A DNA stretch of 59,783 nt. Source: an uncultured Lewinella sp. Lineage in GTDB: Bacteria; Bacteroidota; Bacteroidia; Chitinophagales; Saprospiraceae. The stretch covers positions 1-59,783 of the forward strand of contig CAZKPE010000003.1 in NCBI GenBank assembly GCA_964554545.1. Reading direction: 5' to 3'. Below are positions 9,430-18,105 of the stretch, piece after piece; position 1 is the first letter of the stretch, and each line of letters starts with the position of its first letter. The notes beneath the pieces are model-generated. The model did no database searches and was not told the origin of the DNA. It worked only from the letters and a program-made list of their open reading frames with translations. The position numbers were made by a program, and so were the translations under genes.

Positions 9430-9519
9430 ATGACGATTCTTTACGTACTCCTGGCTGCCTGTGCGCTCGGCGGCGGGCTCAGTATTACTTCCGCACTGCT
9501 CGACGGAAGCAGACGGTAG
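9430..9519 (+). CDS. Putative 29-aa hydrophobic small protein
   Basis: MTILYVLLAACALGGGLSITSALLDGSRR* preceded by an AT-rich leader; too short for the ORF track. Confidence 0.45.
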   Translation: MTILYVLLAACALGGGLSITSALLDGSRR

Positions 9520-9588
9520 GTCCCCCTTTCCCAACGTTACGGTCTGACTTCCCCGGCCTATCTTTAGCCGAAACCGTACTCTCCGACC

Positions 9589-12500
9589 GTGCAACCCCTG
9601 ATCCCCCCCTTCATCCAGCAGCGGCTGCGCGCGGGTGATCTGCACGGGGACATACGGGCTTTTGCCCTCAATATCGATCTGTCGGGGTTCACTCCCCTGA
9701 CGGAAAGCCTGATGCAACGGGGCCTGGCCGGTGCCGAGCAACTATCGGTCATTCTCAATGATATCTTCGAGCCGCTGGTGTCTCTGGTGTACACTACCGG
9801 TGGCTTCATTCCCTACTTCGCCGGCGATGCCTTTACGGCCGTCTATCCCCTGGAATTGAACCGCCGCTATGCCCTGCACCTGCTGCAGGTGGCCGAGCGC
9901 GTCCGGCAAACATTCCGGGACCGGGATAATGATTTCGGCGGAGGCTTCAGGATCGGGGTCAAGGCCGGCATCGCAGCCGGTACGGTCAGCTACGGTATTG
10001 TTGGGGAAGAACTGCGGGCATTCTACTTCCGGGGAGGCGCTATTAACGCGGCTGCTCATTGTCAGAGTCAGGCCGGCGAGCAGGAGATCGTCGTTGACGA
10101 TGCGGTATACAACCTCATCGAGGGCAGCCTGATGTACACCGAAGAATTGGGACACAACGCCCACCGGGTCCTGGGCGACATTCCCGTACCGAGCGAGCCA
10201 CCGGTGCCGCGCCTCGACTTACCCCAGGTAGATGCGGAGACGGCGGCGGTGTTTCTGCCCCCGGAAGTGGTCCGCTACGATCAGGCGGGTGAATTCCGGA
10301 CGGTCGTCTCTTGCTTTCTCTCTTTTGATGCCGTACGTACCCACGACGAGCTGAATGATTTCGCCACCGTGGTGCTGCGTCAGGTAAAGGACTTCGGCGG
10401 CTACTTCAAGGAGGTGGACTACGGCGATAAAGGGGCACTGATGGTTATTTTCTTCGGAGCCCCCGTGTCGTACGAGCATATTGTTGCCCGGGCGGTGGAA
10501 TTCGCCCTGGTCGTCCGCCACGAACTGGACGTGCTCAACGAGAAAAGCCACCGCGAGTTCCGATACCGGATGGGCATGACCGTCGGAACGGCCTTCACGG
10601 GGATCGTCGGAGGAAAAGAGCGCGCGCAATACGCCTGCGTGGGCAACCGGGTCAATCTGGCGGCCCGAATTATGTCGGAGGCCGAATGGAAGCTGGTAGT
10701 GGTGGATGAAGAGATTGCCGGTGACCCCCAGTTCCGGTTCCGCCCACGGGGAAAGATCAGGTACAAGGGGATCCAGGAACCGGAGGCGACCTACAGCCTG
10801 GAAGGTAGAAAACAGTCATTGGGAAAACCGGCCTACGGGGGCAAGCCGATCGGGCGGGAGCGGGAGATCACCCGTCTACTCGAATTCGCCAGCCCCATCT
10901 TTGCCGGTCAATCAGCCGGTATTGCCTACGTGATCGGTGAAGCGGGAATTGGTAAAAGCCGACTGACCTACGAACTACGCCACCGCCTGGCCGATGAGGG
11001 AACGGCCGCCTGGTTCCTCGGAAGCTGCGATCAAATCCTCCAAAAGCCATTCAACCCCTTCATCTATTTGCTGCAACGCATGTTCCGCCAAAGCCCCGAC
11101 CTGAGCGAGGCGCGGAACCTGCGCCGGTTTCACTTTCGGATCAGTCGGTTGCGGCTAACCCTCCTGCGGATGGAGCAGGATCAGGCTACCGAACTCGCCG
11201 AAGAACTGGAACGTACGGAGTCCGTGCTGGCCGCCCAGCTGGGGCTCGTCTTACCCGATAGCCTCTGGACGCGGTTGGACGCGCAGGGAAGGTACCGCAA
11301 CATCCTGGATGCGGTCGTCAACCTGATTGCCGCGGAGTGCACGGTCCAGCCGACTATCCTGGAGCTGGAAGATGTTCACTGGATCGATGCCGATAGCCGA
11401 ACCCTCGTCCGGGAGATCCTCAGACGGTGTAACAAGCTGCCACTATTGGTACTGGCTACGGCACGGCCCGACGATAACGGCCAGCACTCCGATCTGCTCG
11501 GGGAACAACTAATCAGTCAGATCGATATTCCGGTAGTCTCGGTCGAGCTCGGTACGCTACCCGCGGCGGCCGTTCGAAAGTTCGCCGAATCAAGCCTTGG
11601 GGCCCCGGTGACCGATGCCACCCTGGACGTCTTGTTGAAGTCAACCAACAGCAACCCCTTTTACCTGGAACAGATTCTAGCATACTTCCGGGAGAACGAT
11701 TTGCTGGAAGAGCAAGCAGACGGAAGGCTACACCTGAGTGACGAGGACATCAAACTGTCGACCAGTATCACGTCCATTCTGACGGCCCGCATTGACCGAC
11801 TCAGCGATATGGTGCGGGAAACGGTGAAGGCGGCGGCGGTCATCGGCCGGGAATTCGATATTCCCGTGCTGAGCGAAGTGATGCGGGCGGAATCAGATTT
11901 CGGCGGGGACACGGAGGACGTCAGGAAGGTACTGGAGCAGCAGATCGAAGTCGCCGAACGGGGGCAGATCTGGAGCGCGATGAACGAGTTACGGTATATC
12001 TTCCGCCATAGTTTGCTTCGGGAGGCGGTCTACGGCATGCAACTGACGACGCGGGTGCAACAACTGCATCTGAGTATTGCCCAGGCCATCGAAAAGCTCT
12101 ACGCAGAAAACATCGAGGAACGCTACGTCGATCTGGCGTTTCACTACGAACAGAGCGGGGAAACGGATCGGACCATCCAGTACCTCACTAAGGCTGCTGG
12201 CTACGCCCGCGCAAATTACCAGAACCAGCAAGCACTGGACCTGTACGGGCGGCTCATCAAAAAACTGAGCCAGCAGCCCGATCAGGATGTCTCGGTCCAT
12301 ATCCACTTGAACCGGGGCGGGGTGTTCGAGATCGTGGGGCAGTGGGAAGAGGCCCGCCATGCCTACGAGGAGGCTCAGCGGATCGCGAAATCGAGTCGGG
12401 ACGTGGTCCTGCTAGGCCGAACCAACAACGCGCTCGGGCAATTGTGCACCCTTCAGGGCGAATACGAGGTGGCCATGGAGCACCTGAAGGTGGCCGCCGG

Positions 12501-13650
12501 CCTCTTCGAATCGGTAGACGATATGTTCGGTCTGGCCAAGACCTACAGTAATATGGGCAATCTGTTCTTCCGGACCAACCACTACGACCGGGCCCTGACT
12601 TACTACCGCCGCTCCCTGGATAGTGGACTCAGCCAGGCCGGTACAACCACTTCGGCAGGCACCATCAGTCACCTCGGCCTGACTTGCATGAACCTTGGGG
12701 ACTACGAAGAGGCGATCCGCCTCATTAGGGAGCAGATTCCCCATCACGAAAAAAGTAATGACATTCTCGGGCTAGCAACCCTCCATACGAACCTGGGCAT
12801 CGTATACTTCGAAGCGGGAGAGTACGATCTGAGCATGGAGCACCACCAGACCGGTCTGCGGATGGCCCGAGAGCTCGGAGACCGCCGCTTACAGGCGATC
12901 GGACTCGGGAGCCTGGGAAGTGTCTACGAACGGCAGGGGCGCTACACCACGGCCCTGGAACTATTCGAGGAAGACCTGAAGATGTGCTACGAGATCGGCG
13001 ACCGCCAGGGCATCGCCGTGGCCGAAGGACTGATCGGCGACCTGAACAGCGTAATGGGTGAATTTTCCAAAGCAATCAGTCATCTCGACCGCTGTCTTTC
13101 CATCAGTAGCGACCTGGGCTACCGAAAGGGCGTCGCCAAGGCCGTCAACACGCTCGGTGATATATACTACCTACAGGGAAAGTACGCCCAATCCATCAAG
13201 TACTATGACCGGGCCATCAAAATTGCCCGCGGCACGAACAACCGCCTCGTCCTCGCCGCGAGTTTATACGAAAAAGGGCAGGTGCTGCTGGCGGACGGCC
13301 AATTGGATGCCCTTGAAGAGGTGGAACGGGAAGCCCTGCAAATAGCCGAAGAATTACGCAACCCGGACGTCATGTTCGGAGCACGCCTATTACGGGCCCG
13401 AGCAGTAGTGGCTCGCGAGCCGGTAAAACGGGATAAGGCCCGCAATCTGGTTCAGGATTTGTTGCAGTCCGACACCCTGACGGAGGAGCAGCTTGCCGAG
13501 GCCCACCTGACCATCTACGAGATCAGCGGAAAGAAGGACGAGCACGCCCGCGTGACAGCCCTCGATCTATACGAACACCTGTACCGGGAAACGCCGAAGT
13601 TCATTTACAATTATCACCTGGCTACCCTACGGGAAAGTGAGCGCGATTAG
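9589..13650 (+). CDS. Tandem class III nucleotide cyclase + STAND/AAA NTPase + TPR protein (sAC-like architecture)
   Basis: IDLSGFT and FAGDA in C1; GDKG and GNRVNLAARIM in C2; Walker A GEAGIGKS; Walker B LELEDVHWID; many TPR-like repeats. Confidence 0.92.
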   Translation: MQPLIPPFIQQRLRAGDLHGDIRAFALNIDLSGFTPLTESLMQRGLAGAEQLSVILNDIFEPLVSLVYTTGGFIPYFAGDAFTAVYPLELNRRYALHLLQVAERVRQTFRDRDNDFGGGFRIGVKAGIAAGTVSYGIVGEELRAFYFRGGAINAAAHCQSQAGEQEIVVDDAVYNLIEGSLMYTEELGHNAHRVLGDIPVPSEPPVPRLDLPQVDAETAAVFLPPEVVRYDQAGEFRTVVSCFLSFDAVRTHDELNDFATVVLRQVKDFGGYFKEVDYGDKGALMVIFFGAPVSYEHIVARAVEFALVVRHELDVLNEKSHREFRYRMGMTVGTAFTGIVGGKERAQYACVGNRVNLAARIMSEAEWKLVVVDEEIAGDPQFRFRPRGKIRYKGIQEPEATYSLEGRKQSLGKPAYGGKPIGREREITRLLEFASPIFAGQSAGIAYVIGEAGIGKSRLTYELRHRLADEGTAAWFLGSCDQILQKPFNPFIYLLQRMFRQSPDLSEARNLRRFHFRISRLRLTLLRMEQDQATELAEELERTESVLAAQLGLVLPDSLWTRLDAQGRYRNILDAVVNLIAAECTVQPTILELEDVHWIDADSRTLVREILRRCNKLPLLVLATARPDDNGQHSDLLGEQLISQIDIPVVSVELGTLPAAAVRKFAESSLGAPVTDATLDVLLKSTNSNPFYLEQILAYFRENDLLEEQADGRLHLSDEDIKLSTSITSILTARIDRLSDMVRETVKAAAVIGREFDIPVLSEVMRAESDFGGDTEDVRKVLEQQIEVAERGQIWSAMNELRYIFRHSLLREAVYGMQLTTRVQQLHLSIAQAIEKLYAENIEERYVDLAFHYEQSGETDRTIQYLTKAAGYARANYQNQQALDLYGRLIKKLSQQPDQDVSVHIHLNRGGVFEIVGQWEEARHAYEEAQRIAKSSRDVVLLGRTNNALGQLCTLQGEYEVAMEHLKVAAGLFESVDDMFGLAKTYSNMGNLFFRTNHYDRALTYYRRSLDSGLSQAGTTTSAGTISHLGLTCMNLGDYEEAIRLIREQIPHHEKSNDILGLATLHTNLGIVYFEAGEYDLSMEHHQTGLRMARELGDRRLQAIGLGSLGSVYERQGRYTTALELFEEDLKMCYEIGDRQGIAVAEGLIGDLNSVMGEFSKAISHLDRCLSISSDLGYRKGVAKAVNTLGDIYYLQGKYAQSIKYYDRAIKIARGTNNRLVLAASLYEKGQVLLADGQLDALEEVEREALQIAEELRNPDVMFGARLLRARAVVAREPVKRDKARNLVQDLLQSDTLTEEQLAEAHLTIYEISGKKDEHARVTALDLYEHLYRETPKFIYNYHLATLRESERD

Positions 13651-14471
13651 TTGTTGCCACCGCCCAAGATAAGGGGAAGGCCCCCGCTGCCGCTGTCTCC
13701 TACCACCACGACTTTGCTATTGGGGCTCTTGGCGAGTTCGAGGGTGGCCTCAATACCCTTGTCCCGTAGAATGTTCTCGGACAGGCTGGCAGTCAGTATC
13801 CGGTTGGCGTCGGCCTTGGCCTGGGCCTCGATCAGGCGGCGCTCGGCCTCCTGCTTTTCCCGGGTGAGGATGTACTCATACTTCAGGCTGGCCTGCTCGG
13901 CTTCCAGCTTTTCTTCGATGGCGGTACGGACCTTGTCGGGCAGCTCAATATCCCGGATGAGGATGGCGCGAAGGTCGATGTAATTGTTGGTCAGCGTGTT
14001 CGACAGGTCTTCGGTAATCAGTGTCTGCACCTCATCGCGCTTGGTGGAGTAGAGCTCCTCGGGGGTGAACTTACCGATCACCTGCCGGACACTCGAGCGT
14101 ACCTCGGGGCGGATCAGCCGCTCCATGTATTCCCGACCGAAGGATTCGTGCAGTTGGGGTACGTCAGCAAAATTGGGGCGGATCCGGACCGTCACGTCGA
14201 CTTTAATATTCAGTCCGTTGCTGGATAAAACTTCCATCTCCTCCTCGATCTGCTGTTCACGGACCTCGTAGACGTACATCGAGTTCCAGGGAGCCACGAC
14301 ATGGAAGCCGGGTGCGTAAGTGGTGTTCTTATCCAGTCCACTGAAGCGCCGGAACAGCACCCCCCGTTCCCCTGAGTCGATCGTGACGAAGGTGGCACTA
14401 CTCAACATGATGAGAATGATGACAGCAAAGAAGGTGACGATGCCCCAGGACATCAGTTTACGTTGATCCAT
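13647..14471 (-). CDS. SPFH/prohibitin family membrane protein
   Basis: ATG at 14471, N-terminal TM, GERGVLF, GFHVVAPW, coiled coil and KGIEATLELAKSPNSK. Confidence 0.9.
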   Translation of the reverse strand: MDQRKLMSWGIVTFFAVIILIMLSSATFVTIDSGERGVLFRRFSGLDKNTTYAPGFHVVAPWNSMYVYEVREQQIEEEMEVLSSNGLNIKVDVTVRIRPNFADVPQLHESFGREYMERLIRPEVRSSVRQVIGKFTPEELYSTKRDEVQTLITEDLSNTLTNNYIDLRAILIRDIELPDKVRTAIEEKLEAEQASLKYEYILTREKQEAERRLIEAQAKADANRILTASLSENILRDKGIEATLELAKSPNSKVVVVGDSGSGGLPLILGGGNN

Positions 14472-14506
14472 ACCTAGGTAACGTTCCGTAGCCGGCTTTG
14501 GATTTG

Positions 14507-15598
14507 TCAGCGCTGCGCGTTGCGCACGAAGTAAAGGGCCGCCACGGAAAAGAGGATGTTGGGCATCCACATGCCGAGGAAGGTAGGCAGGTTGCTCCCC
14601 TGACTGATGGTGGAGGCGAAGCGGCTCAAAAACACGAAGAGGGCACCGATAAAAATGCCCATGGCCAGTTGGATACCCATGCCCCCCCTCACCTTGCGGC
14701 CGGCTACCGAGAGTCCGATCAGCGTGAGGATGAAAATTGTAAAGGGCTCGGCCGATCGTCGGGCCAGTTCGACCTCGTACTTGCGGATGTTGCCGGCCCC
14801 CCGTTCGCGCTGCTTGCGGATCTTCGTGAGCAGCTCCGGGGTGGTGAGGGCCGACTGCTGCTCGCTGAAGTCGACAAAGTCGCCGGGGACCAGGTTGAGC
14901 ACGGTGTCGAGGTGGGCCCGGGTGCTGGCGACCAGCGTTTCCTCCAGTCCGTCGAAGGTGCGGACCTCGTAGTTCTCCAGGCGCCAGACGGCCGGTTCTC
15001 CGGGAATGTAGCGGGCCTGTCGGGCCTTCGTCAGACTGATCAGCTCGTTGTCGACGATGTGCTCGATCCGGAAGTTGCGAGCTGTACTGTCCCGTTTACT
15101 GTAGTGCGTCATGAACACCTTCGTATCCGGGGCCACGTAGAAGTGTACGTTGGTGGTGCGGCCCTCGTCGCGGCCCTTATTGAAGTACACCCGCCGGAGT
15201 TCCGTCCGGTGGGAGTTGGCAATGGGAACCACGTAATGCACTCCGACCAGGTAAAGCAGGAAGAGAAAGCCCGCTGAAACCAGGTAAGGCCGCATCAGGC
15301 GCCGAAAGCTTACCCCGGCATTAAGAATGCTGATGATCTCGGAATTATCCGCCATCCGACCGGTAAAAAATACGACGGCGATCAGGGTCAGCATCGGCCA
15401 GAGCAGGCCCAGGATGAAGAGCAGGAAGGTCGGAAAATACTCAAAGGCGACCGCCGTAGCGGGGATGCCCGACTCAATGAAACGCTCGACGTTCTCGCTG
15501 AAATCGATAATTAGACTCACCATCGAGAAGATCAGCACCGTAAAGAAAAAGGTGCGCATGAACTTCCCGATGATGTACCAGTCTAGCTTCTTGAGCAT
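14507..15598 (-). CDS. LptF/LptG family LPS export permease
   Basis: MLKKLDWYI start, SEIISILNAGVSFRRL, 3+3 TM layout and WMPNILF. Confidence 0.9.
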   Translation of the reverse strand: MLKKLDWYIIGKFMRTFFFTVLIFSMVSLIIDFSENVERFIESGIPATAVAFEYFPTFLLFILGLLWPMLTLIAVVFFTGRMADNSEIISILNAGVSFRRLMRPYLVSAGFLFLLYLVGVHYVVPIANSHRTELRRVYFNKGRDEGRTTNVHFYVAPDTKVFMTHYSKRDSTARNFRIEHIVDNELISLTKARQARYIPGEPAVWRLENYEVRTFDGLEETLVASTRAHLDTVLNLVPGDFVDFSEQQSALTTPELLTKIRKQRERGAGNIRKYEVELARRSAEPFTIFILTLIGLSVAGRKVRGGMGIQLAMGIFIGALFVFLSRFASTISQGSNLPTFLGMWMPNILFSVAALYFVRNAQR

Positions 15599-15601
15599 CG
15601 C

Positions 15602-16048
15602 CTAACTTAACAGGCGCTTGACCGTGGCGGCGATTTGTTTGCCATCCGCGCGGCCGGCCGCCCTGGCGTTCGCCTGCCCCATCACCTTACCCATATCGCG
15701 CATGGAGGTGGCACCGGTTTGCTCGATCACTTCGCGTACCATCCGCTCGACTTCCTGATCGGTCATCGGCTCGGGAAGGTAGCGGCTGATCACCTCGATC
15801 TCCTCGCGCTCGGGCTGAGCGAGGTCTTCGCGGCCCTGCTTCTCGTAAATTTCCAGGCTTTCCTGGCGGCTCTTGACCAGCTTCTGCAGTAGGGCGATCT
15901 CGCCGGCTTCGTCAAGGGTAGTGCCGCTGCCGTCGGTTTCCTGTAGCAGAATGGCGTTTTTAATGGCGCGGATACCGCGGAGGCCGGCCTGGTCTTTGGC
16001 GCGCATGGCGGTTTTGAGGTCGGGGGTGATGCGGTCTTTCAATGACAT
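15602..16048 (-). CDS. GatB/YqeY domain protein
   Basis: MSLKDRI...LKTAMRAKD, YEKQGREDLA, DMGKVMG and GRADGK motifs. Confidence 0.92.
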   Translation of the reverse strand: MSLKDRITPDLKTAMRAKDQAGLRGIRAIKNAILLQETDGSGTTLDEAGEIALLQKLVKSRQESLEIYEKQGREDLAQPEREEIEVISRYLPEPMTDQEVERMVREVIEQTGATSMRDMGKVMGQANARAAGRADGKQIAATVKRLLS

Positions 16049-16133
16049 GGTCAATAAGTGAATAAGGGTATACGTGAATGCAGCTAACCAACGCCGGCCA
16101 GGGGGCTTAAAGTTTCCCTATTGCTTTACACCT

Positions 16134-16153
16134 GTCCCGCAGTACTGCGGGAC
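16134..16153. terminator. Perfect 20-bp palindrome just downstream of hisIE
   Basis: GTCCCGCAGTACTGCGGGAC, 4 bp from the stop codon; no clear U-tract. Confidence 0.5.
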
Positions 16154-16157
16154 CGCC

Positions 16158-16772
16158 CTAGTTGTGCCGTTGGCGGAGGACGGCTTTTACTTCCTCCAGG
16201 GTGTAGCCTTTGGCGGCCAGCAGGACGAGGTAGTGGTACATGAGGTCGGCCGCCTCACCGAGGAAAAGGTCTTTGTTGCCGTCCTTGGCCTCGATGACCA
16301 GTTCGACGGCTTCCTCGCCGACCTTCTGGGCTACTTTGTTGATACCCCGTTGTAGCAGGGACGTGGTATAACTGCCCTCGGAGGGGTTGTCGCGGCGGTC
16401 GTGGATGGTGCGTTCGAGGTGATCGAGAAAGTCGCCCCGGTTAGGCAGGCCCCAGCAGGTAGCGGAGCCAGTGTGGCAGACCGGGCCGCTGGGATGGGCC
16501 TGGATGAGGAGGGAGTCGCGGTCGCAGTCGGCATCGACCCGGACGAGCTCGAGGTAGTTGCCGGAGGTTTCGCCCTTCGTCCAGAGGCGCTGTTTGCTGC
16601 GGCTGTAGAAGGTGACGCGGCCGCTGGTGAGGGTTTGCCGGAGGGCTTCTGCGTTCATGTAGCCCTGCATGAGGACGGTACGGCTGCGGGCGTCCTGGAT
16701 GATGGCGGGGAGGAGGCCCGTGATGGAAATGTTGAAGTTTAGAGCCTCTAAATTGGTTGTGGTTACTTGCAT
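16158..16772 (-). CDS. hisIE: Bifunctional phosphoribosyl-AMP cyclohydrolase/phosphoribosyl-ATP diphosphatase
   Basis: WTKGETSG, DCDRD, CHTG..TCW, KVGEEAVE and EAADL motifs. Confidence 0.96.
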   Translation of the reverse strand: MQVTTTNLEALNFNISITGLLPAIIQDARSRTVLMQGYMNAEALRQTLTSGRVTFYSRSKQRLWTKGETSGNYLELVRVDADCDRDSLLIQAHPSGPVCHTGSATCWGLPNRGDFLDHLERTIHDRRDNPSEGSYTTSLLQRGINKVAQKVGEEAVELVIEAKDGNKDLFLGEAADLMYHYLVLLAAKGYTLEEVKAVLRQRHN

Positions 16773-16810
16773 TGCTTATATATTAGAGGTTCATCCACAC
16801 TTCCTTGACT

Positions 16811-17281
16811 ATGATAGGCGAAACAACTCTTGACGACGGTTACGGTGCCGGGCTCAGCCTCACTACCGCCGATTCCGCAAACCTACGCAAAGCCGGCAAG
16901 TGGGCCCGCTTTCTGGGGATCGTATCCATGATCTTCCTCGGACTGTTCATCGTAGGGCTCATCGGTTTCGGTGGTACCATGATGGCCATGATGAGCGGCG
17001 GAGAGATCGGGGCCGGTACCGGAGCGGCTACGGCGGGGATCGTGGTTTACGTAGCCATCTTTGCCTTCAGTTTTTACCTGGTTTACCTACTCTACAAGTT
17101 CGGGGCCGAGGCGGTTACGGCCGTCGATCACGGGGATGGGCAGGCCATGAGCCGTTCGTTGGCTTCGCTGGGGCGGATGCTGAAGATCTACGGCATCATA
17201 ACAGTAATTTACTTTGCGTTCTTTGGCATCGGACTAATCGTGGCGCTCGTGAGCGGCGGATTGGCGGTCTTCGGAAGCTAG
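16811..17281 (+). CDS. DUF5362-like membrane protein
   Basis: [13 protein letters not shown] motif and three hydrophobic helices. Confidence 0.7.
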   Translation: MIGETTLDDGYGAGLSLTTADSANLRKAGKWARFLGIVSMIFLGLFIVGLIGFGGTMMAMMSGGEIGAGTGAATAGIVVYVAIFAFSFYLVYLLYKFGAEAVTAVDHGDGQAMSRSLASLGRMLKIYGIITVIYFAFFGIGLIVALVSGGLAVFGS

Positions 17282-18042
17282 TCAGCCATGGGCCGCACCG
17301 GTATTCCCCGTTCCCCCAGGTAGCTTTTCAGTTCCCCGATCCCGATCTCCCCGAAGTGAAAGATGCTGGCGGCTAGTCCTGCGTCGGCTTTTCCCCGAGT
17401 GAAGACTTCGGCGAAGTGCTCCTTCGTGCCCGCCCCGCCGCTGGCGATGATGGGAATGCTCAATCGGTCGCTCATGCGTGCCAGAGCGTCATTGGCGAAA
17501 CCCGCTTTAGTACCGTCGTGGTCCATGCTGGTGAAGAGGATTTCGCCGGCCCCCCGCTCCTGGGCTTCTCCGACCCAGTCGAATAGCTTATGCTCGGTGC
17601 GAATGCGGCCGCCGTTCAGGTGAACGTACCACTCGCCGTCCACGAATTTAGCGTCTACCGCTACGACGACGAACTGATTGCCGAAGGCGTAGGCTAGTTC
17701 GTCGATGAGTTCCGGGCGGCGCACGGCGGCGCTGTTGATGCTGACCTTATCGGCCCCGGCATCCAGCAGCACGTCTACGTCGGTCAGGCTGTTGATGCCC
17801 CCGCCGATCGTGAAGGGGATGTTGAGGTGGCGGGCGATGTCGCGGGCCAGTTCGGCCAGGGTCTTGCGGCGTTCGTGGGTGGCGGTGATGTCGAGAAAGA
17901 CCAGCTCATCGGCTCCGGCCCGGCTGTACTGGGCTCCGAGTTCAACGGGGTCGCCGGCATCGCGGAGGTTGACGAAGTTGACGCCCTTGACGGTGCGGCC
18001 GTCCTTGATGTCGAGGCAGGGGATGATGCGTTTGGCTAGCAT
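17278..18042 (-). CDS. hisF: Imidazole glycerol phosphate synthase cyclase subunit
   Basis: [29 protein letters not shown] and ASGGAG motifs. Confidence 0.97.
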   Translation of the reverse strand: MLAKRIIPCLDIKDGRTVKGVNFVNLRDAGDPVELGAQYSRAGADELVFLDITATHERRKTLAELARDIARHLNIPFTIGGGINSLTDVDVLLDAGADKVSINSAAVRRPELIDELAYAFGNQFVVVAVDAKFVDGEWYVHLNGGRIRTEHKLFDWVGEAQERGAGEILFTSMDHDGTKAGFANDALARMSDRLSIPIIASGGAGTKEHFAEVFTRGKADAGLAASIFHFGEIGIGELKSYLGERGIPVRPMAD

Positions 18043-18047
18043 GGGGG

Positions 18048-18055
18048 CAAAGGTA
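18048..18055 (-). promoter_or_regulatory. Bacteroidota sigma70 -7 element for hisF
   Basis: TACCTTTG, a perfect TAnnTTTG match, 5 nt upstream of the ATG. Confidence 0.65.
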
Positions 18056-18060
18056 ATTGA

Positions 18061-18103
18061 GGTGCGGGATGCGGGTTACGGGTTCCTCGCACCCCGCACC
18101 CCG
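18061..18103. repeat. Heptamer-periodic inverted repeat downstream of the GH2 gene
   Basis: ggtgcgg-gatgcgg-gttacgg...gcacccc-gcacccc; stem GGTGCGGG/CCCGCACC. Confidence 0.5.
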
Positions 18104-18105
18104 AA

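Noticed and set aside
9589-14471. Pycsar/CBASS-type defence operon with the SPFH protein as effector
   Set aside because: The SPFH gene is convergent and follows lptF/G on the other strand. There is no cNMP-binding effector or defence-island context.
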